Source of the DNA: a virus
Lineage: Duplodnaviria; Caudoviricetes
Direction: 5' to 3' (one strand)
Length of the DNA stretch: 53,271 nucleotides
Virus record (IMG/VR): IMGVR_UViG_3300034374_002820
Location: 1 to 53,271 of that record
Shown here: in pieces, positions 27,036 through 35,403 of the stretch
Position numbering within the stretch: position 1 is the first letter of the stretch
Layout: each line of letters starts with the position of its first letter
Translations under genes and position numbers: made by a program
Notes under the pieces: generated by a model
Database searches by the model: none
The model's input: the letters and a program-made list of their open reading frames with translations, nothing else
Told to the model about the DNA's origin: nothing

Positions 27036-27131
27036 TCAGGCTCTGATGATTTCGATGTAGATTATCAGGCACGTTGCCCAGAGTATCAGAGAGATAGCGC
27101 CAGCGTGGTTAGAGAGTGAGTCCTTATACAT
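27036..27131 (-). CDS. Hydrophobic micropeptide (31 aa)
   Basis: MYKDSLSNHAGAISLILWATCLIIYIEIIRA; AAGGA RBS within the repeated intergenic module. Confidence 0.6.
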   Translation of the reverse strand: MYKDSLSNHAGAISLILWATCLIIYIEIIRA

Positions 27132-27137
27132 GGTCGT

Positions 27138-27188
27138 CATCCTTGGTGATAGTTGGGACCCCGGGGTATCCGGGGTCCCTAGTGATCA
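27138..27188 (-). repeat. Intergenic stem-loop + RBS module, copy 1
   Basis: TGATCACTAGGGACCCCGG-ATACC-CCGGGGTCCC-like stem followed by AACTATCACCAAGGA. Confidence 0.7.
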
Positions 27189-27368
27189 GAGACTCATTAC
27201 GGAGTTGATTCCGCTTTCGGCTTCCATCTCGTCCAGCAGGACGTGTATCCGCTGTACTGCTTGATCGGCTTCCTCAAAGCGAGACACGTGTAGCATCATG
27301 ACCATGAAGTCCACGTTGAATCGTACTTGTTCGATCAGCGTGGTCGCAGGCTTTGTTGTGGTAGTCAT
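27186..27368 (-). CDS. Small hypothetical early protein (60 aa)
   Basis: AAGGAG RBS; bounded by the two repeated modules. Confidence 0.65.
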   Translation of the reverse strand: MTTTTKPATTLIEQVRFNVDFMVMMLHVSRFEEADQAVQRIHVLLDEMEAESGINSVMSL

Positions 27369-27377
27369 GTCTCAATT

Positions 27378-27429
27378 CTCCTTGGTGATAGTTGGGCCCC
27401 GAGTTATCCTCGGGGCCCCGTGGTTATCA
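27378..27429 (-). repeat. Intergenic stem-loop + RBS module, copy 2
   Basis: TGATAACCACGGGGCCCCGAG-GATAA-CTCGGGGCCC followed by AACTATCACCAAGGAG. Confidence 0.7.
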
Positions 27430-27648
27430 ATCGACTGTGACAGAGAAAGACATCTCCCGGACTTTCTTGTCGATCATGTCCTCGATCTCGTTCTCATAGT
27501 CGTGGATGTCGAAGCCTTCGACGCTCGAGAGCGCCGCTTCAACGACCTCTTCAACGACTGTAGGGAGACGGCTCTCGACCATCTCCGCCGCACGCTCGTC
27601 GATAATATCGAGAAGCAGTTCGACCAGTTGGGTGATTGAGTCCTGCAT
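27427..27648 (-). CDS. Small, very acidic early protein (73 aa)
   Basis: Asp/Glu-rich helical sequence; GAGGA RBS. Confidence 0.7.
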   Translation of the reverse strand: MQDSITQLVELLLDIIDERAAEMVESRLPTVVEEVVEAALSSVEGFDIHDYENEIEDMIDKKVREMSFSVTVD

Positions 27649-27755
27649 TGTCTTAAGTCCTCTGTGTTGTCGGATCGTGATTGATCCGATGTATGCAGGA
27701 TCTCATAGATCGATCATGACTTACAGAAAATAATGCACCTATTTGAAATTATTTT

Positions 27756-27884
27756 GTACCCTGTTTGTTCTTCCCGTGATTGTTCTACGGATTGTTCCCT
27801 GTTTGTTCTTCCCGTGATTGTTCTAGGGTTTGTACCCTGTTTGTTCTTCCCGTGATTGTTCTACGGATTGTTCCCTATACGTTC
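27756..27884 (+). repeat. 38-bp tandem repeat (3 full + 1 partial), each unit starting with GT(T/A)C-N7-GTTC
   Basis: Units start at 27756, 27794, 27832 and 27870: GT(A/T)CCCTGTTTGTTCTTCCCGTGATTGTTCTA(C/G)GG(A/T)TT. Confidence 0.85.
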
Positions 27885-28134
27885 CCCAAGGTAAAAAGCA
27901 AAGCAATCTCTGTGCTAATCCAACCCACATCGCCCGAGGGGGAGGGGGAAAAATGCGCCCGTCTACTTCTGTTATAACATACCACCCCCACATAATTTCA
28001 AAATTTCAGACTTTACATAGAACAACATCTTACAAAGACCCCCCTTATGTTTTTTCTGAATTACCCCACCCCCAAAAATTTTTTATAATTTGCACATCGG
28101 TGTTATCCTCGATATGAAAATAGAGGGGTCTCCT

Positions 28135-28302
28135 ATGGAGCTGCTAGAATCAGTTGGATCATTGTGGCCCATAGGGGTATCGTTCATAACACTGGTTGTT
28201 GTCCTCTCCAAAATGCACGCTGAAATCGATATCTTGAAAGAAAAAGTAAAGACATTATTTGATCTATACAACGACATACGTTCGAGTAAGAAAGACAAGT
28301 GA
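28135..28302 (+). CDS. Small single-pass membrane protein with coiled coil
   Basis: MELLESVGSLWPIGVSFITLVVVL...; GAGGGG RBS. Confidence 0.6.
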   Translation: MELLESVGSLWPIGVSFITLVVVLSKMHAEIDILKEKVKTLFDLYNDIRSSKKDK

Positions 28303-28306
28303 CCAA

Positions 28307-29188
28307 ATGAGCGCCCCCCAGAAACAACCACGTCAAAGCAGGCATCTTCTTCTCCAGTACAAGGGAACCACACTGGATGAGCTAAAGGAACTTGCATCCA
28401 TCCATTCCAAGGCGGGTCATCGGATGCAGCAAACCATCCGTGACCGTAGGATCACACACGACCCTGATGCCGGAAACCCTACCGGTGATTTTTCTGAACA
28501 CTACGCACCTGCTACTCTGGGTCTCATACGAAAAGAAATTTACTACCGTGAGAGATTCGGCGGAACCACGGTCTCGGAAAAATACCCAGATCTTTTTACT
28601 GTAAAAGGCCCCAAAAGCCCTCAAGCGATAAAAAAACAGGATAAGAAATTGTTGAAACAATATGATAAGTACCTAGAGACAAAGGATCTGGATGGACCAA
28701 AGTTTTATCAGAACGGTTCCTACAAGGACATCACCCGTGTCACCCTGAGCAACGGGCTGACAATGAGAGAAGAAAAGTTTTGTCTTAACTACATCGCCAC
28801 CGCAGATCCTATTGAAGCATGGATAAAGTCAGGGTATGATCATAGTTATCCAAACTACGATGTCCATGCACGTATGTGGGTCAGGCAACCAAAGATTCAG
28901 GAAAGGATCAACGAACTAATGGAAGAAGCAAAGGAAAAGATGCGTTGGAGCGCCGACAAGGTACTGGACAGATTCGACGAAATCTACAAGAGTGCGATGG
29001 CAGAACAGGATCACACGAACGCTTCCCGTAGCATGGAGCAGATCGCCAAACATCTTGGTATGTTCATTGACCGGTCAGAGTCACGGATCGGCAATCTTGA
29101 CAGCATGAAGTCCGAAGACATCGACACCGACATTTCAAAGCTCGCTGACGTTGTCGGACTCAAGGTTGTCAATGGTGGAAAAGACTAA
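28307..29188 (+). CDS. terS: Terminase small subunit with long N-terminal extension
   Basis: LT.REEKFC..YI......A.IKSGY....A......PKIQERI.EL HTH region and AKHLGMF tail; directly upstream of terL. Confidence 0.75.
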   Translation: MSAPQKQPRQSRHLLLQYKGTTLDELKELASIHSKAGHRMQQTIRDRRITHDPDAGNPTGDFSEHYAPATLGLIRKEIYYRERFGGTTVSEKYPDLFTVKGPKSPQAIKKQDKKLLKQYDKYLETKDLDGPKFYQNGSYKDITRVTLSNGLTMREEKFCLNYIATADPIEAWIKSGYDHSYPNYDVHARMWVRQPKIQERINELMEEAKEKMRWSADKVLDRFDEIYKSAMAEQDHTNASRSMEQIAKHLGMFIDRSESRIGNLDSMKSEDIDTDISKLADVVGLKVVNGGKD

Positions 29189-29304
29189 CACTGTGTCTTT
29201 GGCATTTCGGTCACACTTCGGACAATCACCTGTTCTTCAGAACATCTCCCCCTAGTATAACTCTGCACATTGATCCATCGACAGACCCCTTCGAACATAC
29301 GAAC

Positions 29305-30837
29305 ATGATAGCAACAAACGAAACCACAAAAGAAAAACTCCGTGATGTCCTTCTGGAAAAGATGGTATCTCAGTCGAGATCAGACTTTTTCACATTTACA
29401 AAGGCAATCGCCCCAATTCTCATCCCCGACTTTGTCGTGGGAAGACACATTGAAGTAATCTGTGACACCCTACAGAAAGTCTCGGAAGGCGAGATCAAAC
29501 GGCAGATGGTCTTCCTACCACCCCGCTCATCAAAGTCTGTCCTATGTTCCAAGATCTTTCCAGCATGGCACATGGGTTTACACCCTGCCCATCAGATCCT
29601 GTGCGTGTCTCACTCCGACCGTCTCGCCACCGACTTCGGTCGATCAGTCAGGGACATTGTAAATGACCCCCTATTCTCGGTAATCTTCCCCGGTGTATCC
29701 CTCAGAAAAGACGTACGGGCCGCAGGCAAATGGGAAACAAACCAGAACGGTGTCTACTTCGCCGCCGGTGTAAAGTCCCAGATCGCTGGACGTGGCGCTC
29801 ATGTTGCAATCCTTGACGACGTAATGTCCGAGGAAGACGCATTCTCCGAAGCCGGACGGCGCTATGTAAAAGAATGGTACCCTGCGGGCCTAAGAACCCG
29901 CATGATGCCAAACGGCGGAATCATCATCATCAACACCCGGTATCACGAGGACGACATCTGCGGCTGGCTCCTCCGAAACTCGGAGGAGGACGAGTGGAAC
30001 GTCCTCAAGATCCCTGCATGGATCGATGAAGAATCCTCAAAAATCCTCAGTCTCCCTGTCGGCTCCTCATACTTCCCCGAATGGAAAACCACAGAATCTT
30101 TGAAGCTCGATGAAGCCGAGATCAAGAAGTATAACGGGACACGTTATTGGGAAGCCCTGTACATGCAGAACCCTGTCCCTGCCGAGGGTGGTCTCCTGAA
30201 AAAAAGTTGGTTCCAAGAATGGGAACACCCTGAGCCCCCCGAGTGTGACTTCATCATCCAGACCTTGGATACCGCATTCTCCACCCGGAGCACGGCGGAC
30301 AACTCGGTGATTCAGACATGGGGAATCTTCGAGTCTATCGAGGTTGATTCTTCGGGTCAGGAACACCATGTAGGGAACCTGATCCTTCTGTCGAATGTCG
30401 TAGGTAAATTCGAATACCCCGAACTCCGAATGATCGCCCAAGATCTTTACTCTGAGCACTCCCCAGACGTGATGATCATTGAAAAGAAAGCCAGCGGTCA
30501 ATCCCTGATCCAAGACTTGCGACGTGCTGGTCTTCCAATCCGTGAGTACACTCCTGACAAAGACAAGGTCTCAAGGGTCAACGCAATTTCACCCTTGGTC
30601 GAAAGCGGAAGAATCTGGATTCCAAAAGAAAAACCATGGGGCGATTCTCTGATACTCGAAGCAGCATCATTCCCCAATGCCGCCCACGATGATCAGGTCG
30701 ATGCCATGACCATGGCAATCCACTACATGCGAGAATCATGGAGACTTGAGCATCCCTTCGATTCGTCCTATAATCAGGAGGACGAACCCCCGGGACAACC
30801 TCGGGGTAAGACCTACTGGAATTCAGTAGCTGCTTAG
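29305..30837 (+). CDS. terL: Terminase large subunit
   Basis: PPRSSKS Walker A, GRGAH...ILDD Walker B, TRYHEDD, LYMQNP, IEKKASG, FPNAAHDDQVDA. Confidence 0.95.
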   Translation: MIATNETTKEKLRDVLLEKMVSQSRSDFFTFTKAIAPILIPDFVVGRHIEVICDTLQKVSEGEIKRQMVFLPPRSSKSVLCSKIFPAWHMGLHPAHQILCVSHSDRLATDFGRSVRDIVNDPLFSVIFPGVSLRKDVRAAGKWETNQNGVYFAAGVKSQIAGRGAHVAILDDVMSEEDAFSEAGRRYVKEWYPAGLRTRMMPNGGIIIINTRYHEDDICGWLLRNSEEDEWNVLKIPAWIDEESSKILSLPVGSSYFPEWKTTESLKLDEAEIKKYNGTRYWEALYMQNPVPAEGGLLKKSWFQEWEHPEPPECDFIIQTLDTAFSTRSTADNSVIQTWGIFESIEVDSSGQEHHVGNLILLSNVVGKFEYPELRMIAQDLYSEHSPDVMIIEKKASGQSLIQDLRRAGLPIREYTPDKDKVSRVNAISPLVESGRIWIPKEKPWGDSLILEAASFPNAAHDDQVDAMTMAIHYMRESWRLEHPFDSSYNQEDEPPGQPRGKTYWNSVAA

Positions 30838-30853
30838 AAACCCAAGGACACCC

Positions 30854-33800
30854 ATGGCACTCCCTAACGACAACATTAACATCCTAGATTTTATTCTCCC
30901 AGACGAAATGGATCTAGACGCTATTCCTTTTGAGCCAGCCCCCGAGATTTTTTTCTCGGACAATCTCGCTGAAGAATACCTTGATGAATCCGAGATCGAA
31001 AGAATCGGAAGCATTGTCATGGACTCTTACACGTCAGACAAAGAATCCCGGGCTGAATGGGAAAGCATGTTCGAGAAAGGCTTCGAACTCCTTGGTCTCA
31101 AGTTAAACACAACCTCTGAGCCTTTCGAGGGTGCCTGCACAGCCGTACATCCCCTACTGATCGAGAGCGCCGTAAAGTTCCAATCAAAGGCTTCCGAGGA
31201 ACTCTTCCCACCACAGGGTCCTGTTAAAGCCCAGATCATCGGCAAATCCAATGCTGAAAAAGAAGACCAGTCCGAACGTGTCCAGTCATTCATGAACTTC
31301 CAGCTCACCGAAGTAATGCCAGAATACTTTGACGAATTCGAGCGTATGCTCTTCCATCTCCCACTTGTAGGCTCGGCATTCAAGAAAATCTACTATGACC
31401 CCGCCTCGGAACGCCCTGTCTCCGAGTTCGTCCCCGTTGACCAGTTCTATGTCTCGTACAACGCCACGGACCTACGCCGGGCTGACCGATACACCCACGT
31501 CATTTACATGACCCCCCACGAACTCCAGAAGCAGATCATGTCCGGGATGTATCGTGACATCGATCTCTCAGAGCCCGGAAACTTCCAGCCATCGACCATG
31601 AGCCAGACAATCAACTCAATCATGGGCATCGAATTCAACGCCGAGCACGACAAGCAGTACACCCTGCTAGAACAGCACCTGTACCTCGAACTCGAGGATG
31701 ACGAATTCCCATCACCTTATATTGTCACCGTTGAAAACGACTCTGGTCAGGTCCTCGGCATCCGACGCAACTGGAACGAAAACGATCCAACCCGTGAGAA
31801 GAAGATGTACTTCACTCACTACAAGTACGTCCCCGGCTTCGGCTTCTACGGTCTCGGCCTGATTCACTTCCTCGGTAACATGACCATGTCTGCCACTCTG
31901 GCAATGCGTTCCCTCCTAGATGCTGGCCAGTTTGCCAATCTACCCGGCGGCTTCAAGGCCCGTGGCATCAGGATTGTCGGCGGTGATGATCCCATCGCCC
32001 CCGGCGAGTTCAAGGAAGTCGAAGCAACGGGTATGGACCTGAACAAGGCCATTGTCCCACTCCCTTACAAGGAGCCTTCCCAGACCCTGTTCCAGCTTCT
32101 GGGCTTTATCACGCAAGCCGGTCAAAAATTCGCAGACTCCACGGACGCTGTGGTATCTGATGCATCGAACTACGGACCCGTGGGTACGACCTTGGCTCTT
32201 ATCGAGGCTTCAGCAAAGCTCTTCTCGGCCATTCACAAGCGCCTACACAAGAGTCAGAAAGATGAACTCCGGATTTTGGCCCGGCTAAACTACGAGTTCC
32301 TCCCAGATGAGCAGATGATGATCCCTATTCCGGGCCGTGAACTACCTGTCACCCGTTCTGACTTCGACGGACGTGTCGATATCATCCCGGTCTCTGACCC
32401 TAACATTCCCTCACAGGCTCATCGTCTGGCACAGGCCCAGCTACTTCTCCAGATTTCAGCACAGTCAACCCCCGGCACCTATGACATGCGAGAAGTACAC
32501 AGGTCCTTGCTCACAGCCGCCGGTGTACGGGAACCATCACGTTTCCTATCCGCCGAAAAGGAACCTCAGGAACAAGATCCTGTCTCTGATATTCTGGCGG
32601 CATCAAAGGGTCTCCCGATCTCTGCCTTCCCCGGTCAGGATCATCAGGCATACATCCGAGTCTTCACATCATTCTTGCAAGACCCCACCCTTGGCCAGAA
32701 CAAGATTCTTCAAAGCATCGGTCCGATCCTACAAGCCGCCATCAGGGATCATATGATGATGCAGTATCAGGAGACCATGAGTGGTCTGATGAATGAAGCC
32801 GGTGTCGCACAAAACCCAGATGTCATGCCCGAGATCATGGCCGAGGCCGCTCAACAGATCCTGAATGCTAACCAGCAGCTCGGTCAGTACCAGAGTCTGG
32901 AACAGCAGCAACTAGCCCTAGAGTCCAGAAGTCTTGAGCTAAAGGAAAAGAGCTTAGATCAGGACAACGCCAGAGAGATGGCCGACCTCTCCCTGAAGAA
33001 ACAGGAACTCGACATCCGCCGCCGTGGTCAGGACATCGACGCAGCAAAAGACATCGGTGTCAACACAATCCGAAACAAGGAAGCCGAGAACAAAAAGGAC
33101 ATCATGCTCCAGAAATTCCTTTTGGAAGGACTTGGCAAGATGCGAGACATTAACTTATCACAAGAGACCAAAGGATTTGCCGACGGCGGAGCCGCAGAAA
33201 TCAAAGGGTATAAACCCGGAGGCACGGTAACCTTTGACGATGTCATTGCCTTGATCAATAGCTACGATCCTGAACAGCTAGGTACCGGCTCTGATATTTA
33301 CCCCGACGAAGCCCGTGCCATGGCGGAAGCAGCAGCATATCGAAACAACATGAGTATGTACGAAGATATTCAGAACACTAAGAAATCACAGTTCTCTGAA
33401 ACCCCGGATATTAATGTATCAGGGTTAAAAGTACCAGAAGTAGAGCCCCTGTCTCCCACCGACGCAAGCATGTTCAAGGCTATGCAGAGTCTGCCAGAAG
33501 TAAAGCCCCTGTCTCCCACCGATGCAAGCATGTTCGAGGCTATGCAGAGTCTACCAGAAGTAAAGCCCACGGCACCTCAGAGTACTACGTCAGAAGAAGT
33601 AGAAGAACCCACGACATCCCAGATTCTAGGGGGCCGTCCACAACATTTATATACGCACCCAATAACTACATTTATGGAAGGTCTTGGAGGCCGTGAGGGC
33701 GATTACGATCATTGGGATAAAATAGCCAACGAATTCACTCTAGCTTACGGTGTTGTTCCTGAAATCGATAGTGTTACTATTGTCTTGGATGCCAAGGGCA

Positions 33801-34369
33801 ACATTGATGAGGAGAAAACTGATATCTCCGGTGCCAGAAAAGGTGATATTGATGATCCGGATGCTCTGTATTTGGCAGACTACAATAATGATAAGAAAGC
33901 CTTTGCGGAAGCCGTTGCCTTACAATTTTATAATGAAGTTAAAGATCAAGAATATAATGGAAAACCCTTAAAAGCTTATAATGAAGAAGCTCAAGCAGCA
34001 GTGATTGATACTATCTATAATTTCCGAGAGGCTTCGGGCTGGGACGATGTTAGCCTGTTTCTAGATGAGTCAGATAATATTGGTACTGAGGATTATAATA
34101 GGGATAACCTCCTCCAGTTCACACGAAATTTTAGGGCAGGTGGAAAATTTCTACCGGGCATGTTAAAAAGAAGACTCTTAGCATACAATATGGTTGCACC
34201 TTTAGAAGACCGAGCAGTCAAAATTGAAATCTCAGAAAGACTTGGTGAAGACGGGGAACGAACAGGAACATTTTACGATATCTACAACGCAAACGGTGAT
34301 ATTATGCAAAGATGGGAAAAAGATTATGAGGTTCCCCCAAAAGATCTAGGTACCTTACTGGTGGAGTAA
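30854..34369 (+). CDS. Portal protein with C-terminal extension carrying a GH24 lysozyme-like domain
   Basis: Portal core (PFEGAC.AVHPLL.E, GSAFKKIYYD, GFGFYGLGL.H, PYKEPS, PVGTT.AL, PVSDPN) to ~aa 770; then REG..HWD....FTLAYG, QAAVIDTIYN, AGGKFLPGMLKRR. Confidence 0.9.
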   Translation: MALPNDNINILDFILPDEMDLDAIPFEPAPEIFFSDNLAEEYLDESEIERIGSIVMDSYTSDKESRAEWESMFEKGFELLGLKLNTTSEPFEGACTAVHPLLIESAVKFQSKASEELFPPQGPVKAQIIGKSNAEKEDQSERVQSFMNFQLTEVMPEYFDEFERMLFHLPLVGSAFKKIYYDPASERPVSEFVPVDQFYVSYNATDLRRADRYTHVIYMTPHELQKQIMSGMYRDIDLSEPGNFQPSTMSQTINSIMGIEFNAEHDKQYTLLEQHLYLELEDDEFPSPYIVTVENDSGQVLGIRRNWNENDPTREKKMYFTHYKYVPGFGFYGLGLIHFLGNMTMSATLAMRSLLDAGQFANLPGGFKARGIRIVGGDDPIAPGEFKEVEATGMDLNKAIVPLPYKEPSQTLFQLLGFITQAGQKFADSTDAVVSDASNYGPVGTTLALIEASAKLFSAIHKRLHKSQKDELRILARLNYEFLPDEQMMIPIPGRELPVTRSDFDGRVDIIPVSDPNIPSQAHRLAQAQLLLQISAQSTPGTYDMREVHRSLLTAAGVREPSRFLSAEKEPQEQDPVSDILAASKGLPISAFPGQDHQAYIRVFTSFLQDPTLGQNKILQSIGPILQAAIRDHMMMQYQETMSGLMNEAGVAQNPDVMPEIMAEAAQQILNANQQLGQYQSLEQQQLALESRSLELKEKSLDQDNAREMADLSLKKQELDIRRRGQDIDAAKDIGVNTIRNKEAENKKDIMLQKFLLEGLGKMRDINLSQETKGFADGGAAEIKGYKPGGTVTFDDVIALINSYDPEQLGTGSDIYPDEARAMAEAAAYRNNMSMYEDIQNTKKSQFSETPDINVSGLKVPEVEPLSPTDASMFKAMQSLPEVKPLSPTDASMFEAMQSLPEVKPTAPQSTTSEEVEEPTTSQILGGRPQHLYTHPITTFMEGLGGREGDYDHWDKIANEFTLAYGVVPEIDSVTIVLDAKGNIDEEKTDISGARKGDIDDPDALYLADYNNDKKAFAEAVALQFYNEVKDQEYNGKPLKAYNEEAQAAVIDTIYNFREASGWDDVSLFLDESDNIGTEDYNRDNLLQFTRNFRAGGKFLPGMLKRRLLAYNMVAPLEDRAVKIEISERLGEDGERTGTFYDIYNANGDIMQRWEKDYEVPPKDLGTLLVE
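33434..33568 (+). repeat. 60-bp coding tandem repeat in the portal-lysozyme linker
   Basis: PEV(E/K)PLSPTDASMF(K/E)AMQSL x2 plus a partial third copy. Confidence 0.9.
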
Positions 34370-34374
34370 CATAG

Positions 34375-34521
34375 ATGCCTTGGCGTAATGTTGGAAATGT
34401 GGTACAAAAGAAAGTAGGCGGTAAATGGAAGAAACATGCCAAGGCTTCTTCTGTTGATAACGCCAAGAAAATGATCCGTCGTCTTTACCAAGTCGAGCGG
34501 AAAACGACAAAAGGAAAATAG
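34375..34521 (+). CDS. Small basic protein (48 aa, not in ORF track)
   Basis: MPWRNVGNVVQKKVGGKWKKHAKA...; GGAG RBS; fills the gap after portal. Confidence 0.6.
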   Translation: MPWRNVGNVVQKKVGGKWKKHAKASSVDNAKKMIRRLYQVERKTTKGK

Positions 34522-34526
34522 GTATT

Positions 34527-34724
34527 ATGAAAGGCAAAATGAGCAAGGGTCCCGGTAAACTGGCCCCGAGTCAGGATTGGTCTAAACTCCCCTCTTCAGA
34601 ATGGACGGTGCGATCACATGTTGCCGTTTTACGTGGTGATCCTTCCAGTGATTACAACACAAACGTGACGCCAACCATGGCAAATCTTTCCTCGTACACG
34701 GCAAAGGCCAGCCGAAGAAAGTAA
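34527..34724 (+). CDS. Small basic hypothetical protein
   Basis: 65-aa ORF in late operon. Confidence 0.55.
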   Translation: MKGKMSKGPGKLAPSQDWSKLPSSEWTVRSHVAVLRGDPSSDYNTNVTPTMANLSSYTAKASRRK

Positions 34725-34730
34725 TCGAAA

Positions 34731-34922
34731 CTGTTTGAAGACCTAAAATCCGAGATTCGGCAGGAAATTGATGGTGTCCAGTCGAGTCTGTCCAAAGGTG
34801 TTTGCGAAACTTATGCAGAGTATCAGCGCATGGTAGGAATGATCCACGGTTTAGAGTTGGCCATTTCAAAGTGTTCTGATATTGAGAGAAGACTCACCGA
34901 ATATGATGAGGAAGAATTTTAA
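34731..34922 (+). CDS. Small protein upstream of GroES, apparently starting at CTG
   Basis: (L)FEDLKSEIRQEIDGVQSSLSKGVCETYAEYQRMVGMIHGLELA...EEEF fills the gap; no ATG/GTG/TTG at its 5' end. Confidence 0.6.
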   Translation: MFEDLKSEIRQEIDGVQSSLSKGVCETYAEYQRMVGMIHGLELAISKCSDIERRLTEYDEEEF

Positions 34923-34927
34923 CCACC

Positions 34928-35344
34928 ATGTTTGAACCAGAACTAAGCCGATCCATGTTAAATGATGACTGGATCTCAGAGTCAGCTATCCCAGATCCAG
35001 AACCACTCCCAAAGATCCCCGGCTATCGTCTCCTGATCCGCCCTGTGCCGATCAGGTCAAAGACAAAGGGTGGCATCATTCTCCCTGACAAGGCCAAGGA
35101 TGACATGAAGTACCTGTCAACGGTGGGCCGTGTTCTCTCCGTGGGAGACTTGGCCTATGATGACAAGGACAAGTTTCAAAAAGGTCCATGGTGTAAACCG
35201 GGGGACTATGTTTGCTACGGTAAGCACACAGGTGCTAAGTTCTTATACAAGGGTGTCAGACTAATTATCTGCTATGATGATGAAATCACCATGGTGGTAG
35301 AAGATCCTTCAAGTCTTGACCCAATGTTTAATCTATCTAACTAG
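34928..35344 (+). CDS. groES: GroES-like co-chaperonin
   Basis: GYRLLIRP...KTKGGIILPD, GRVLSVG, GPWCKPGDYV, YDDEI. Confidence 0.88.
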   Translation: MFEPELSRSMLNDDWISESAIPDPEPLPKIPGYRLLIRPVPIRSKTKGGIILPDKAKDDMKYLSTVGRVLSVGDLAYDDKDKFQKGPWCKPGDYVCYGKHTGAKFLYKGVRLIICYDDEITMVVEDPSSLDPMFNLSN

Positions 35345-35403
35345 GCGTAATTCGATTGATTCGCCCCCAGCGGTGACCCCAAGGTCACAGGAGAAAAATA
35401 AAA

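Noticed and set aside
27756-27884. 38-bp repeats as a CRISPR array or as coding sequence (ORFs 27780..27977, 27830..28117)
   Set aside because: Units are head-to-tail with no unique spacers; the ORFs are just translations of the repeat.
34130-34150. FRAGG as another instance of the [FY]xxGG boundary motif
   Set aside because: It is part of the conserved lysozyme AGGK.LPG motif, so the match is probably coincidental.
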